Assembly (NCBI GenBank): GCA_024679065.1
Contig: JAGIQG010000005.1
Location: forward strand, 67,518,001 to 67,582,000
DNA: 64,000 nucleotides
From: Sphyrna mokarran
Lineage: Eukaryota
Direction of reading: 5' to 3'
Both the position numbers and the translations under genes were made by a program. The notes beneath the pieces were generated by a model, which saw only the letters and a program-made list of their open reading frames with translations, did not search any database and was not told where the DNA came from. This document shows, piece by piece, positions 48,536 to 61,585 of the stretch. Position 1 is the stretch's first letter, and each line of letters begins with the position of its first letter.

Positions 48536-51500
48536 TAATCCAGGTTTCTGCATTACTAGTCCAGCAAAATAACCATTATACTACTGCTCCTTTACAAATA
48601 CACCATTTCTTTTTATTGTTTCATGGATTGTGGGCATTGCAGGCTCAGCCAGCATTTATTGCCCAGACCTAATAAGGCTTGAGGGTGCTGGTGGGCAACC
48701 TTCATGAACAGCTGCAGTCCATGTGCTGTTAGATAGCCACAGTTTTTGGAATACTGTGTACAATCTTCTTTTATTATAGCATATTCAGGTATTTAAAAAG
48801 CAACAAAACTGACACCTGGCATAACATAGGTAAAAAGAAGAGATTGAATGGTTTATTCAGATTTGTAAAATGTATAAAAGAGATGTATCAAGTTGAATCC
48901 CCACAACAGTTTCAAAATTGGCTGACACTTGTAGAAGCACATGATCTTGATGGTATGTTTGGGATTATGATATACTGTAGAATTTGATTTCACACACAGG
49001 GGCAAGCACACAATTTAGACTTAACTACTTAGTGCAAGGGATATAAACAGATAGGACATGCCACTGTGGGAGTCAGTGAACACAGGTTTAATTAATTATT
49101 AGGTACATATTTGAAGAAGTGAATGGGCATTTGAATTACTTGAGAACTGTTCAGGTGGAATCAAATCTTTTAAGTTCCTGTACTTTCCTATATTCCCATT
49201 TATTGGAACAAATACTATTTATAGGAAGTACATTGGGAGATGTTCTAGATGATAAAACAAAGAAGGAAATCCTCTTTATTTATGAACATACGAAAACAAT
49301 AGGCAAGACCGGCTGGTCTAACAAGCCTAACATGGTGAAGGCTGAAGCCTAATTAGACATTCCTATCCTCCAACAGCCATGTAACCTTCACAGAGAGAAA
49401 AATAACCAAAAACTGAGGCACAAGAAATATAGGAAAATTCATTACAATCCTTTTGAATCATGGAAAAATATAGGTTTAATGTCATTTGATGAAACTCAAA
49501 TGTTGGTCAAAAATTTGACTTTCTTTGAGAGGTGAAAAAACTTCTTAAAAATAAAACAAAATGCTCAATGCTGCCAACTGCTGCTTCACAGGAAAGATTT
49601 GGACAAGTGAATTTCTGAGACTGCAATTGCTAAGGAAAACAAAGGTACTGTGGTTTCATAGGAGCTTTTAGATAGCTTAGTCCTCATAAAGAATTGGGAA
49701 GCTACTCTAGAATTGTATGATTAGTAACTGAGTTAGAGGGTGGGTTTTAACATATGGTTTAAACAAAGAATTCGCCAGTCCATTGAAAATGTCGTATTAA
49801 GAATTTTTACAGGACAATCAGGTCCTATAAGATAAAGATCCACTCTTGGAATAAAGAGGTATAAAGATGTTGTAAAAACAGCAAGTTGTTTCTTGAGTGG
49901 ATCATGCGTATAGCTCTTTATTAATAAATTTACATGGGGTTGCAGGAAGGAGGAGATGACTTGGCCAGCTGTTCTATCAGAAGGTCCAACTATCAAACAA
50001 GGATTGATGTTCCATTGATAATATCTTTTGTAATATAATTGGTCCACTACTCACGTGGCAATATTTTTGTATCTAATTTTAGATCATGGTGATTTAGAAT
50101 TTGTCTTCAAGATACAATAAGATCTCACAACAGGAATGTGTGCACCTTGTATAAATGAAAGCAAAAGTATCATAAATCAGAACACTCCAAGAACGAACTA
50201 TTAGAATTGAAACTAGTCAAGAGATCCAAAAGATCATACATTTATATTATTATCACTTTGGTATTACTTTTTTAAAATAGCAGAAAATAAAGTGAGACAT
50301 TATTGATAAAGAAAAATAAATGAACTGCAAAGTTGGTAATCTGAAAGAGTTATAAATATATTAGAAATATATAGCAAATTAGTCAACATCTGTAAAAATC
50401 CATGAAAGATTATGATGTTTAAGATTTATGAACTTTGATAAGAACATGTATTGACTTTATCTGGGGCAAGAGTTGTTAACTCTCCAGGACTGTCTTGGAG
50501 CCTCCAGAATTAAGATTAATTTTTGGAAACAGGGCTGAGAAAATCTCGGAAAAAAATCATAGAGACATTAAACGAAAACTGTGCATTTCTCTAATATTTT
50601 TCAACAGTTATATTTTTAGTAATAAAAATATTGCAGAAATAGAACAAACACCATTTAGCTATCATCCAACTGGGAATTGAAGAGCCTGACGGCCTTCTCG
50701 TTCGTGTGGGAAAGCTGGACAAAAGGCAACCAACAGTGGGAATGTTTGGGATAGTTAAAGATAAAAGGACATAAACAGCCTCCAGCTACAAACAAAACCA
50801 GAGCTGGCAACTCTGTCTGGGTCCTTCACATTAATGACAGCAATCCATGTCCTGTGTTTCACAAGAAAAGGATGAAAAAACATCACAGCTGTGAATTGAA
50901 AGATGCTATTTGATCACAACAGTTTGACTTCCTCTATGACAGTCAATCTTACTGAGATTTGAGAGTAACAAACAGGTCAAATTTGACCAAGTTATAGTCA
51001 TTTCAGAGAGACTGGAAATCTACTTTACACCCAAAAACAGGTGGGAGCTTTGAAAAGGAGTAGCGATATCCTGTCATGAGTTCCCTTTATTCAAGGGGAA
51101 AGGGGGAGACACAGACCAGAATTTTACTGGCATATCTCGGAATTGGGGCAGGCGAGACTTGCAGAATTAGGTTCGCTGTTGGCCTCTGGCAGTATTTTAT
51201 AGGTGTCACCCAAGCCAGGTCATAAAATACCTGCCATTGTCTTTGTGATTAAGAATTAAATTGTTTAATAGGTAAGAGAAGGTGTAATGAGAAGTAATAG
51301 AGTGAGTGGGTGGGTGGGTGAGTACATTATTGTTAGAATTAAGAAACAGAAAAGAGTTTAAACCCATTATGGGTATTGTGTACAAGTCCCTGGTAGTATC
51401 TGTGAAGTGGTAGATTCTCAAAAAGCAGAAATAAGACAACCATACAGAGAAATTGCAGTGGCTTAAATGGGAGATCTTATTTTTTTCATATAGCTTGGGA

Positions 51501-52434
51501 TATGCGGATTAGTGCACATCAGAAAGCTAATGAATTTCTTGAGTGTATCCAGGATAATTTTCTGCAGCAATATGTTCCACAGTGAATGGAAGGTAAATCA
51601 TATTAAATTTAGTAATGAGAAGTGAGCCCAATTTAGTTAACAGCTGAACAGGGCATTACATTTATTAGATAGCAATCATAACATCAAGGTATTCGACATT
51701 TTTTTGAAAGTGAGAAATGCTGAACAGCTATCAAGACTGTAGATTTGGAGAAGGTTGACTTCAATGTGATGAGACAGGAATGTGCACAGTAAACTTTGGC
51801 AAATCTGTTCATGGGTGAAATATGAGGTCAGCAAGTGGTGTTCAAAAAATAATCAGAACCAGTTTATTTCCCGGAGGTGTACAGCTCCACTTTTCTTGGA
51901 GTCAAAAGGGGTAAGAGGCAACATAAACTGAAAGGAAAAATATATATTTAAAATATCGCACATATTTAATAATTGCCAGAGCAAATAATGGCAAAACACA
52001 GGAGCATGAAAAGAACCTTGCAAGTGATATCAAAATCACAAAAAAAAATTGTATTAGGGTGTTACCAGAACAATAAACTTCAGTTATGAGGATTGTCTGG
52101 CAAATTTGGGACTATCCACCTTGGGACAAAGAAGATTAGGAAGTGATCTAATGGAGGTTTTCAGGATTAAGAGATTTTGACAGATATTTCAATAACCAGA
52201 GAACATACACTTAAAGTCATTAGCAAGAAATCTAGAGGGGAGTGGGAGAAGAAATGTTTTCACTGAGCAAGATCTGGAATACTACTCAAATAGGTAGTGA
52301 AACGTGATTCCATAAATAATTGTAAAAAGGTGCTGGAGCACAAGAAACTTGGGAGGTTATGGATATAAAGCAGGGATGAGGAACTAAGCCCAACTGCTCT
52401 TTTAATATACCAATTCAGCTATGATGGGCAGAAT

Positions 52435-52742
52435 GGGTGGCATGGTGGCACAGTGATTAGCACTGCTGCCTCACAATGTCAAGAATCCAGATTCAATTCT
52501 GATCTCAGTGACGGTCTGTGGAGTTTGAACATTCTCCCGTGTTTTGAGTGAGTTTCCATCTCCGGTTTCCTCCCATAGTTCGAAAATAGGAAGGTTAGGT
52601 GGATTGGCCACGCTAATCCCCTTAAAGTTAGGATTAGCATGGTAAATATGTGGGGTTACGGGGAGAGAGCTTCAATCAGATTGTTGTCAGTGCCTGCTTG
52701 ATAGGCCAAATGGCCTCCTCCTGCAAAGGGATACTATGATTG
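52435..52742 (+). mobile_element. HE1/V-SINE-like tRNA-derived SINE, CR1-type tail
   Basis: A-box-like tggcacagtga, B-box-like gattcaattc, body tccggtttcctcccatagt, tail ggccaaatggcctcctcctgca..actatgatt. Confidence 0.88.
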
Positions 52743-54221
52743 GCCTCCTCCCTTGCAAACTGAATGATGATATTGTCAATGAAGAAAAGGAAATGGTTAA
52801 CAAGCTGAAATAATAACTTTGCATCAGTGTTTACAATAGAGGAGTAAATCAGTAAGCCAAACATCCCATCAAAGTTAATTCCGAATCGGGACAGGGATTT
52901 ACAAAAAATATATTAAATATAATTAAGAGCACATAAGCATAAAACAGTGATAAATTCTGGGGATCAGACAGGAGATTGGTATGACACTGCAAATGCCTCA
53001 ATTATAACCCTCAAAATTCTCCACACTCACAAACCATTCCTTTAGATTGAAGAACTGCATATCACTTGGGATTGAGAATGGGATGACTGAATACCATAAA
53101 ATTTGGAGTTGAACAGAGACAAACAACATAGATTCGTAACATCTAGCCAAATCTAATGAATCTGACTGACTCCTTTGGACAGAAGAATGTCTATAGATGA
53201 GACTTCTGGAAGGTGTTTAATAAATTCTCTCCTAAAAAATGGTTAGCTAATGTTGAAACTCATGGGAGACAAATTATTGGCCTGGTTAGGATAGCCAAGA
53301 GACAAGGTGTTTGCAAATGAGCAGATACATGAATGAGCAAGACGTGATTAGTGGTGTCCTGCAAGGAACTATGTTGGAACCTCAACTAATTCTTGCATTT
53401 ATTAATGACATATGATGGAATAAAAAGCCATGTTTCGAATTTGCAAATTACATAAAAGGTGGCATTTTATGCTATGTATGTAAGGCATAAATTTATAGAG
53501 CGACATTGATAGATTAACTGAATGGGCAAAAACTTGACAAGTAGCTTTCAATGTAAGCAAATGTGCAATCTTTTTACTGTGGACCTAAAAAGGATACAAC
53601 ACGATACTTTTGACATGGTGAAAATCATGAAAATGTGAAGATTTGGAGAGACTTGTGGGTCCAGCTACATACACATTAAAATGCTTTGAATAGGTACAAA
53701 AATTAAATCAAAGATGTTAATGGAAAGCTGATGTTTGCATCTACAGGGCTATCATAAGAAAAGGTAGAAGTTATGTTTTTGTAGTACAAAGCCCTGATAA
53801 AGATTTCTGAGAGAAATTCTGGGTATCATACAAGATGATAAATTTAAATTTGGGAACGCCCCTCTGTTCAGCCTGTGTGGCTGTCACACAGGACACCATC
53901 TGTCCCATACTGTGAATTTGGACATGCACAGTATGTCTGTGCACATGCACACAATGACCACCTCCTTAGTTACTTGCCCTTCCATTTCCGGAGAGGTGCC
54001 AGTTACTGGTACATGTACCCATCCCTCCCCTCTCTCTATTCCCCAACCCCAAACTCATGGCTCGAGCACACCCTCCACCTTCCACTGAACTTAGAGGTTC
54101 AAGTTGATGCCACAGTGTCCCTTAAATGTTTCACTGGGTACTGGTTACCCTGGTACAACACCAGGATGGAAATGTGATCCTTGGAAGGAGCTCAATGATA
54201 CCTGGGCTCCAAGGATTAAAG

Positions 54222-54490
54222 TTAAAAGTTTTTTTTTGTTAATCACAGGTAGGCTTACATTAACACTGTAATGAAGTTACTGTGAAAATCTCATAGTTAC
54301 CACACTCTAATGTCTGTTTGGGTACACTGAGGGAGAATTAGCACGGCCAATTCACGTAATCAGCACATTGTTCAGACTGCGCAAGGAAACCGGAACATCC
54401 AGAGGAAACATGTACAGTCAGTGACCCAAGCCAGGAATTGAACTTGGGTCCCTCGCACTGTGAGGCAGCTATGTTAACCATAGTATGCTG
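54222..54490 (-). mobile_element. HE1/V-SINE-like SINE, alternative tail
   Basis: Reverse complement of the head (ctgcctcacagtgcgagggacccaagttcaattcctggcttgggtcact) and of the tail ttcattacagtgttaatgtaagcctac. Confidence 0.88.
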
Positions 54491-54858
54491 TTCCAAACTT
54501 TACTTCGTACTCGGCTTGAGCTATAGTTTGCTTCTTATCCTCCAATTCATGCTTGCAACCCTTCTACTCCACTTTTAATAAAGAGAGATTACGGAAACTA
54601 AACTTGTATTCCAAGTTTCCTCCTTTTTTGTCACGAGTAGCCTATTCAGTTAAGCATGCAAGCCCTTTAAACTTCTTTGGTGGGGCAACTGGAAGGGGCC
54701 AAATTGTGCTGAGAGAACTTCTGCAGGAACACTGGTTCTGTCCCTTAGAATTTAGAAGATTAAGAGGTGATTTGCTTCAAGTTTTCATGATATTAATGTG
54801 AACTCATAAAACAGGCAGAACAAAACTATTTCAGATCTTTGGTGATTCTAGGACTAGT

Positions 54859-55145
54859 GGACATACGGTAGCACAGTTGTTGGCACTGCTGCCTCACAGC
54901 GCCAAGGACCCAGATTTTATTTCTAACTTGGAGTGCTGTCTGTGCCGAATCTGCACATTCTCCCTGTGTCTGTGTAGATTTCCTCCGTGTGCTCTGATTT
55001 TTTCCCCACAGTCCAAACGATGTGCTGGTAACATGCACTGGCTATTCTCCATTCGTGGTAGCCCATCAGACATTGGAGTGTGGTGATCAATTTCATTGTA
55101 GTGCTAATGTAAACGTACTTGTGATACTAATAGAATAAACTTAAA
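54859..55145 (+). mobile_element. HE1/V-SINE-like SINE, alternative tail
   Basis: acggtagcacagttgttggcactgctgcctcacagcgccaaggaccc..; tail ttcattgtagtgctaatgtaaacgtacttgtgatactaata. Confidence 0.88.
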
Positions 55146-56668
55146 TTTGTCAAAATCTTAGAACCAGATCTTTCAGGAGCAAAATTAGGAAATACCTCTT
55201 CATGCAAAAAGATGGCAGCAGTTTGGAGCTTTATTCCAACTTTATTGGAACTTTATTGATGCTAGATCAATTGGTAATTTTAAATCTGAGATTGATATAT
55301 TTTTGTTTAGCAAAGATATGAAGGCGTATGGTACAAAGGCATACAGAGGTTCAGGTATATAGAATTTGGTGTAGGGCAGCCCTGATCTCACTGAAAAGTA
55401 GAGCAGGCCTAAGAGGCAAATTGACCTACTCCTGTCCTTATGTTCCTAAATGGCATTTTGATCATTCACACATTTAACTTGCCTGATCCAAGGAAATCTG
55501 ACAAGGTAGATCTCTCAGATATGATTTACAATAGTTCAGAGATTGCAGAGCAGGGCTGCAGATTTTCAGCCCCAATGTATTCAAAACTTGCAATGCCCAC
55601 TGTCCACTGTTCCAAACTTTACTTCACACTCAGCTCAAGCTACAGTTTATTTCTCACCCTACAATTCATATTTGCAATCCTTCTGCTCTACTCTTAGTCA
55701 GCAAACATGACAATAACAATATAAAATTTATACACTGATTTTAAAAATCCAACTATTAGAAAAAGTAATGCCATCTCTCACTCCATCCAGTCTCTGCAAA
55801 ACATTGGGACAGGATTTCTCTGGACTGGTAATCACTGTCAGATTGCAAATCACCTCCTTTTCACTTATAGTCCAGAGCTGCACATTTCTCACATGAGCTG
55901 GTGAAAAGTGTGTAGGATGGCAACTCTGCATCCCTGCCAGTGCAGGGCCTCAGCGTTCAGGAGAAATGAAGTCACACCCCTGTCACTCTCCCATAAAGCA
56001 GATCCTAGCCACTTCAACAAGTCAGGGAGAAGGTGACTGTGTAAAGCTAACATCAGCAGAGTTCGTGGTTGGGCAACGAGCCATCAGTGGTTAGCAATGG
56101 GGATCAGATGGTTGGGGTTGGGTGTGGTTGAAGGTGGCCGGAGTGTGGATGGTAGTTGGGAGGGGAATCAGGAGGGGAGATGGGATCCAATATGAGGGAG
56201 AGAAAAAAAGTGAGGGTGCAGTCAGGTGTGCTGTGATATCAAGTCAGGAAGCTACCCAAGCTTTTAAACAAATTAATCATTTGCTGTTTTCACAATATAG
56301 TCAAACTATAGTTGGTTGGGATGTAAGCCCATACTTCTGAGGGATATAAACATTTTGGAGCTGGCACCACAAAAAGATTTATCAAATCTATCTCATTAAT
56401 AACTTAGAACTTAAGAACAGACCAAGACTATATCCTCTGAGATAAAACATGTAAGCTATAAGTATTGTACTTAGTTTCCTTTTGATGGAGTTTTCCTACA
56501 CCAGGTAGTCAGAACATTTTTTAAAAAGCATGCCTTTCTACAGAACACAATTATCCTTCAATTATTTTTATACTATTTCAGGAATAGTTATTGGTTAAGG
56601 AACCAGTCAACTAATAGTTGCATTTAGTTGAAATATACAAGCAGTATTATATTAGAGCAACTCCTTAC

Positions 56669-56807
56669 CTTTTCTTAACAATCATTACCACAACCAGGAG
56701 CAGGAGGATGAAAACCAGAATTCCAGCACTGATTCCAGCTATTTTCACCACCCGATCAGTTTGCTTGACTGGGTCAGGGACCACCTCAGGTTCTTCCGTT
56801 GTGGCTG
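56669..56807 (-). CDS. PTPRK: PTPRK transmembrane exon, 139 nt (136 nt from the alternative acceptor, start 56804): (A)ATTEEPEVVPDPVKQTDRVVKIAGISAGILVFILLLLVVVMIVKK(S/R)
   Basis: Tandem acceptor tagCAG, donor AAAG|gtaagg. Hydrophobic TM segment followed by KK. The ORF track shows only the antisense frame (56618..56857). Phase 1 to 2. Confidence 0.97.
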
Positions 56808-59469
56808 CTAAATTAGTCAGAAAAAGTATTTGCATGAAAGCATGTAATTATTGCTGACAGGGAAATGATTTTTAATGTCACTTTCATACAGTACACTTCA
56901 AAAATTCAAGTACAATTCATAAAACATTTCTTCCCATTTGTGTGACAATTATATTTCACGTTACATTTTCTGCTACCCTAATAATTTAGTGAGCAGAAAA
57001 TACATTTTTAATAATAATTCTGATAATAAAGAACAAGGGTGACAAATTTAAGACACAGCATTAGTATTGTGGTTAAAAGAAATGACTGCAGTTGCATTAT
57101 TATTTGTCGCACAACTCGTATTGAAAATAATTCAATTTGGTCAAGTTAAGAAGTCATGCATTTCAGAAGGGCAAATTTACATACTGAGATTCCATTCTTA
57201 TGAAGACATCCAATGTCAAACGAATATTTAAAAACAGAGTTACAATCCTCATTTATCATTTTAAAAGGATTAGGCATAGATACAAATAAGAATTTGAAAT
57301 ATTACTTAGCAACATTAATTATCCATAAAGTGCAGTTGGCATACTGCAAGTTCATGTACTGATCAGAATTACTTTCATAGGAAAATTGATATGCTAATCC
57401 TAAATGACACTTTGATCAATTTTCAAAAGAAAATTTAAAGCGACCTTGCCATAGCATTATTATTATAAACAGTAAGCATTAAAACATACTTGTGCAAAGA
57501 AGCTTTAATTAAATTCTGGTGGGGTAAATGATAGATTAAATGTACTGTTAATGAGCATGCATGTTATAATTATTACAATTACTAAAACTGTACAACACCA
57601 CTCAGAAGAAACAAAATTATTGTTATGGATTGGTTTAGGTGCTGGATCACTGAGATGGTTGAATATTTTGGATGAATTGTACTGGCCAATCTGGGCAGTA
57701 ATATAGCAAACAAAGTATATCTATAATGTCGCAAACACATCATATTTTGTGTAATAACAGTTAATTATTACATAAACAGAAATGTGATGTGAGAGAATCA
57801 CTGAGATTAAGGGTTATACTAAGATGCTAACCTGTCTTACTGAGGTGTTGACTGACCCACATATACTTTCTGATAATTTAGTTTTTGGGTCAGAATAATT
57901 AATTTCTATAATACGGCTACCATCAAGTAATTTTAAAACACTTTGCTCTTGAATACAGTGTTCTGGCTCAAGTCAAAAACTCCAAACTGTTTTATGTAGC
58001 CCACCTGAATCATATATTTTGCATCTTAAATTTGGCTAGGACTAACACGGTATGTTTCACTTCAGTTATGATTCAAATGACTATTGGGGAGCATTTATCA
58101 AACAAAGATTAGTTTAGTTAGTGTGTATGGTAAGAAAATTAGCAAGAACTTTTAGCAATTATAAACAAAAACAAGACAATCATAATAATATATAACCCTC
58201 AACAAGATTTTCTAAAAATCTAAGATTTTCCAATTAAATCCAAACCAATCGTTTAAAAAAGGTTCGACACGCAAAGACTAATGCTCACATGGTACTGGAA
58301 TCAAGACCTTTGGGTGAATTCTGCAGTTCTCTTGCCTTCAGAAAGGCAAAACCTTTCAGATAAGCAGCAGAATTTGCAAATAAAACAGGGAGAGAGATTT
58401 CAGCTTGCTATCACTTCTAAAACTAAAACATATTGAAAATGAAAGAGTTCCTACCACTTGTCCTGCCAACCAGTTTCTCTCCAAACAACGCAGAATCATA
58501 AACATCCAATAAAAATAAACAAACCCCCATTTAAGCAGCAATAAAAAGACTCCTCCAGAAAACCATTATCATAATGATAAAACATCTGAAGCCAAAACAG
58601 CCTTGCTTAGAACTGCAGAAAACATGATTCAGAGAGAAAAAAATCTTAAAGATACACTACCATCACCACAGTTACTGTGAGTTGAATGGGAAAGAGAGAA
58701 TTTGGTTTATTTGGGAATATGCAAAATTTGACATTTTATTTCACACAATATGCATATCTTTGCAAAATGTAAATATAATTTTGCAAAAAGCAAGTTTACC
58801 CTGTGAAATTGGACATGTTGTTTTGAAACGTACGGAGCAGATCCAAATTCAGTTTTCAAATATTTTTGTAAGAAATTGTGAGCATATTCAATGCAATCTA
58901 ATGACATTGTTGATACCCAGATATTATTCAAAAAATAGCACTTGTTTCAAACATGCATTTTTCTTTCTACTCAAGTAGTTTATACTACTCACAGTATAAA
59001 CTAATACTCAGTCAAAACTCAAGTAAAATTTAATTATCAATCAACTCCATTACCCTTGTTGATACTTAATGAATGTGGTCTAGATTGCTATTTAATTATT
59101 AACAAGTAACACACAATGGGAAAATGCTAGTTTTTGCCTTGACTGTCAGGATCCCAGCCTTTGGCTCCATGATGTGCTGGGAAGGCAGAAGAGGCTGCGG
59201 AGGGACATTGCTTATCATCTTTTGAGAGGCAGCATTCTTAGACGTTACCTTGAATGGCCCATTAAGAATGGACAGTAGGTGAACCAGTGAAATGAGGAGC
59301 CTAATCAGAGGGCCTGCCAAGATGTCTAGCTGACAGCACCATTGGGAGAAGTGGGCACTGCTGAGGGCAGCAGGCAGGCAACCTCAAGAACATATTATAA
59401 TGGAAGCATTCTCTGCAGGATTGTAAAATGCTGAAAAAGCCCCATAATTTCTGTGTACAGTTCCAGTCA

Positions 59470-60000
59470 CTGTATTATACAAAGGATATTATTAAGGCAG
59501 AAACAGCGCAGAAAAGATTTACCAGGATGTTACCACCTGGACCTTGATGGTTTGAGTGACAAAAGGAGAGGCTGGTTAGACTGGGACTTTTTTCTCTGGA
59601 GTGAAGGAGGCTTTGGGCTGATCTTATAGAGCTCCACAAAACAACGAGGGGCTTAGATAAGGTAAATAGATAGCCAACATCTTTCCTCAAAGATAGGGGA
59701 GTCTACAGCTAGAGGGCATAGCATTACGGTGAGAGGGGAGAGATATATAAGTGTCCAGAGGGGCAATTTTTTTCACAGAAAGTGATGAGTGTCTGGAACA
59801 AGCTGCCAGAGATGGTAGTAGAGGCGAGTACAATTTTGTCCTTTAAAAGCATTTTGACAGTTACATGGGGATGATGGGTGTAGAGGGATATGGACCAAAT
59901 GCAGGCAGTTGGGACTATCTTAGTGGTAAAAACTAGATGGCATGAACAAGTTGGGCTGAACGGCCTGTTTCCATGCTGTAAACCTCAATGACTCTATGCA
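59470..60000 (+). mobile_element. CR1-type LINE 3' fragment
   Basis: cagaaaagatttaccaggatgttacc, ERLVRLGLFSLE, tail gggctgaacggcctgtttccatgctgta..gactctatg. Confidence 0.88.
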
Positions 60001-60954
60001 CGAGTCTATCCTGTGATGGTGGTGTGGTGGTGTCAAGAGCAACTCATTCTGGAAGGCTGCCTTCATTTCAATTCCAGGCTCAGCCTCCTCAGGAGGGCCT
60101 GGTTGCTGTTCAGAAGATCCTGTTGGCAATGACATCTCTTCCTCCAATTGGCAAGATCACTCAGACACAGGAGCATGTTGTGTAGCCAATTTAGTGTATT
60201 AATTTCTAATTGTGCCCTGAATCTAGCTCCATAGGACCATCAAACCCCAGCTCAAAGGGCACAGTTAGTTTGTGAATAAGTTTTGGAAAAATGTGAAAGA
60301 AATTCTAACCCAAGCTCACATTTTATTAATGAAGTAATTTAGATAAGTCAGTAAGGTTCATCAAAAGATGAACAGAGTGACTAAGTATTGTTAAATCTAA
60401 CCGCTCTTACCTTGTAACTGTTGTTAATTGCAGAAAAGCTGTCAAACCAAGCTGCCTAGTTCCATTCATAAGAAAATGACTGATTATATGCAAATACCAC
60501 TTTACATTGTAGTTTTATCTTGAATTTTTATACCTTGAACTTTAACAAATGGAATCACAAAAATACTTGAAAAACCTTTGCAAACTATAACTGTGACACT
60601 CCTCAATGACGCAACTGTTGAACTATAGACGGGGTGGTACACCTACATTTTGCATTGTAAATTTACAGACATATTTCCTCAAAAACACATTTGTTACTTT
60701 AGATACCTTGTGTAACAAATTCTGTAAATAGTGCGAAAATGAATCTATTAGAGATGAAATAACAATCTTCTACAATGTTTCAAAAGATAATCTGATTAAA
60801 GTTGTCACATTTGTGAACTAAGACAGACAGATACCATTGCTTTCATTCTAGTTTTATCTCCATTAAACAAGCACTAGTAAAGTATAAATTTAATGCAATT
60901 TTTTTATAAAAAAAAATCACTAAATGCTGAAGCTTGTAGAAAAACCAACTTACG

Positions 60955-61255
60955 GGGGTGGCAGGTTGACAGAGTGGTTAGTACTGCTGCCTCACAGCAC
61001 CAGGGACCTAGGTTTGACTCCCAGCTTGGGTCACTGTCTGTGCATTATCCCCATGTCTGTGTGGGTTTCCTCCGGGTGTTCCGGTTTCTTCCCACAGTCT
61101 GAAAGACGTGCTCATTAGCTGCATTGGCCAAGCTCATTAACCTTCATTGTACCTGAACAGGCGCTGGAGTATAGCCAGTAAGGGATTGTCGCAGTAAGTT
61201 CACTGCAGTGTTAATGTAAGCCTACTTGCGACACTAATAAAAAAAACTTTAAAAT
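60955..61255 (+). mobile_element. HE1/V-SINE-like SINE, alternative tail
   Basis: agagtggttagtactgctgcctcacagcaccagggacctaggtttgactcc..; tail cactgcagtgttaatgtaagcctacttgcgacactaataaaa. Confidence 0.9.
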
Positions 61256-61420
61256 TTTACAATACTGCTTTGGTTATATTTAAAATTCCCAATCTTGTTG
61301 TAGTTATGGTTATACTACAGAAACTTGCAGCCATAGATACAAGAACTTCCACACTATTGTGAGGACATTGCTATCCCTTGTGTGAACATGAATGAAAGTT
61401 ATGTTGGTTGCTAATGACAA

Positions 61421-61585
61421 TAAGAAGCCTCACAACACCAGATTTATTTGGCAGCACAAACCACTAACTTTTGGACCACTGCTCCTTCAGGTCAGAGAGA
61501 TTCATTCACTCAGCTTTAACTTTAACCTGGTGTTGTGAAACTTCTTATTCTTATGTCCAACGCTGACATCTCCACATCATGGCTG
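61421..61585. mobile_element. Penelope-like terminal remnant, inverted arms
   Basis: taagaagcctcacaacaccag (61421-61441) pairs 19/21 with ctggtgttgtgaaacttctta (61527-61547). Ends tccaacgctgacatctccacatcat. Confidence 0.68.

Larger units (their letters stand above)
51270..55445 (+). mobile_element. Decayed CR1 LINE scaffold with several nested insertions
   Basis: EN remnant (gaatttcttgagtgtatccaggataatttt), RT remnant (agtggtgtcctgcaaggaactatgttggaacc = SGV.QG..L.P), LEFRRLRGDLLQVF, tail ending cctactcctgtccttatgttcc. Contains a second CR1 3' end (52060-52435) and three SINEs. Confidence 0.75.

Noticed and set aside
735-56807. Assignment to the paralogs PTPRM, PTPRT or PTPRU
   Set aside because: KQTDRVVKIAGISAGILVFILLLL, QEMTHMVNAMDRSYADQSTLH and [12 protein letters not shown] match PTPkappa as I recall it. 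A reciprocal BLASTP or tree would confirm.
56618-56857. 79-aa plus-strand ORF
   Set aside because: Antisense shadow of the PTPRK TM exon.
60411-60455. Strong minus-strand donor CAAG|gtaaga with upstream AGs
   Set aside because: The 45-nt option has a TGA in the required phase-1 frame, and the 41-, 28- and 7-nt options break frame. No supportable coding exon.
52435-61255. tRNA-like A and B boxes at several positions
   Set aside because: These are SINE heads continuing into SINE bodies. No complete cloverleaf, so not tRNA genes.
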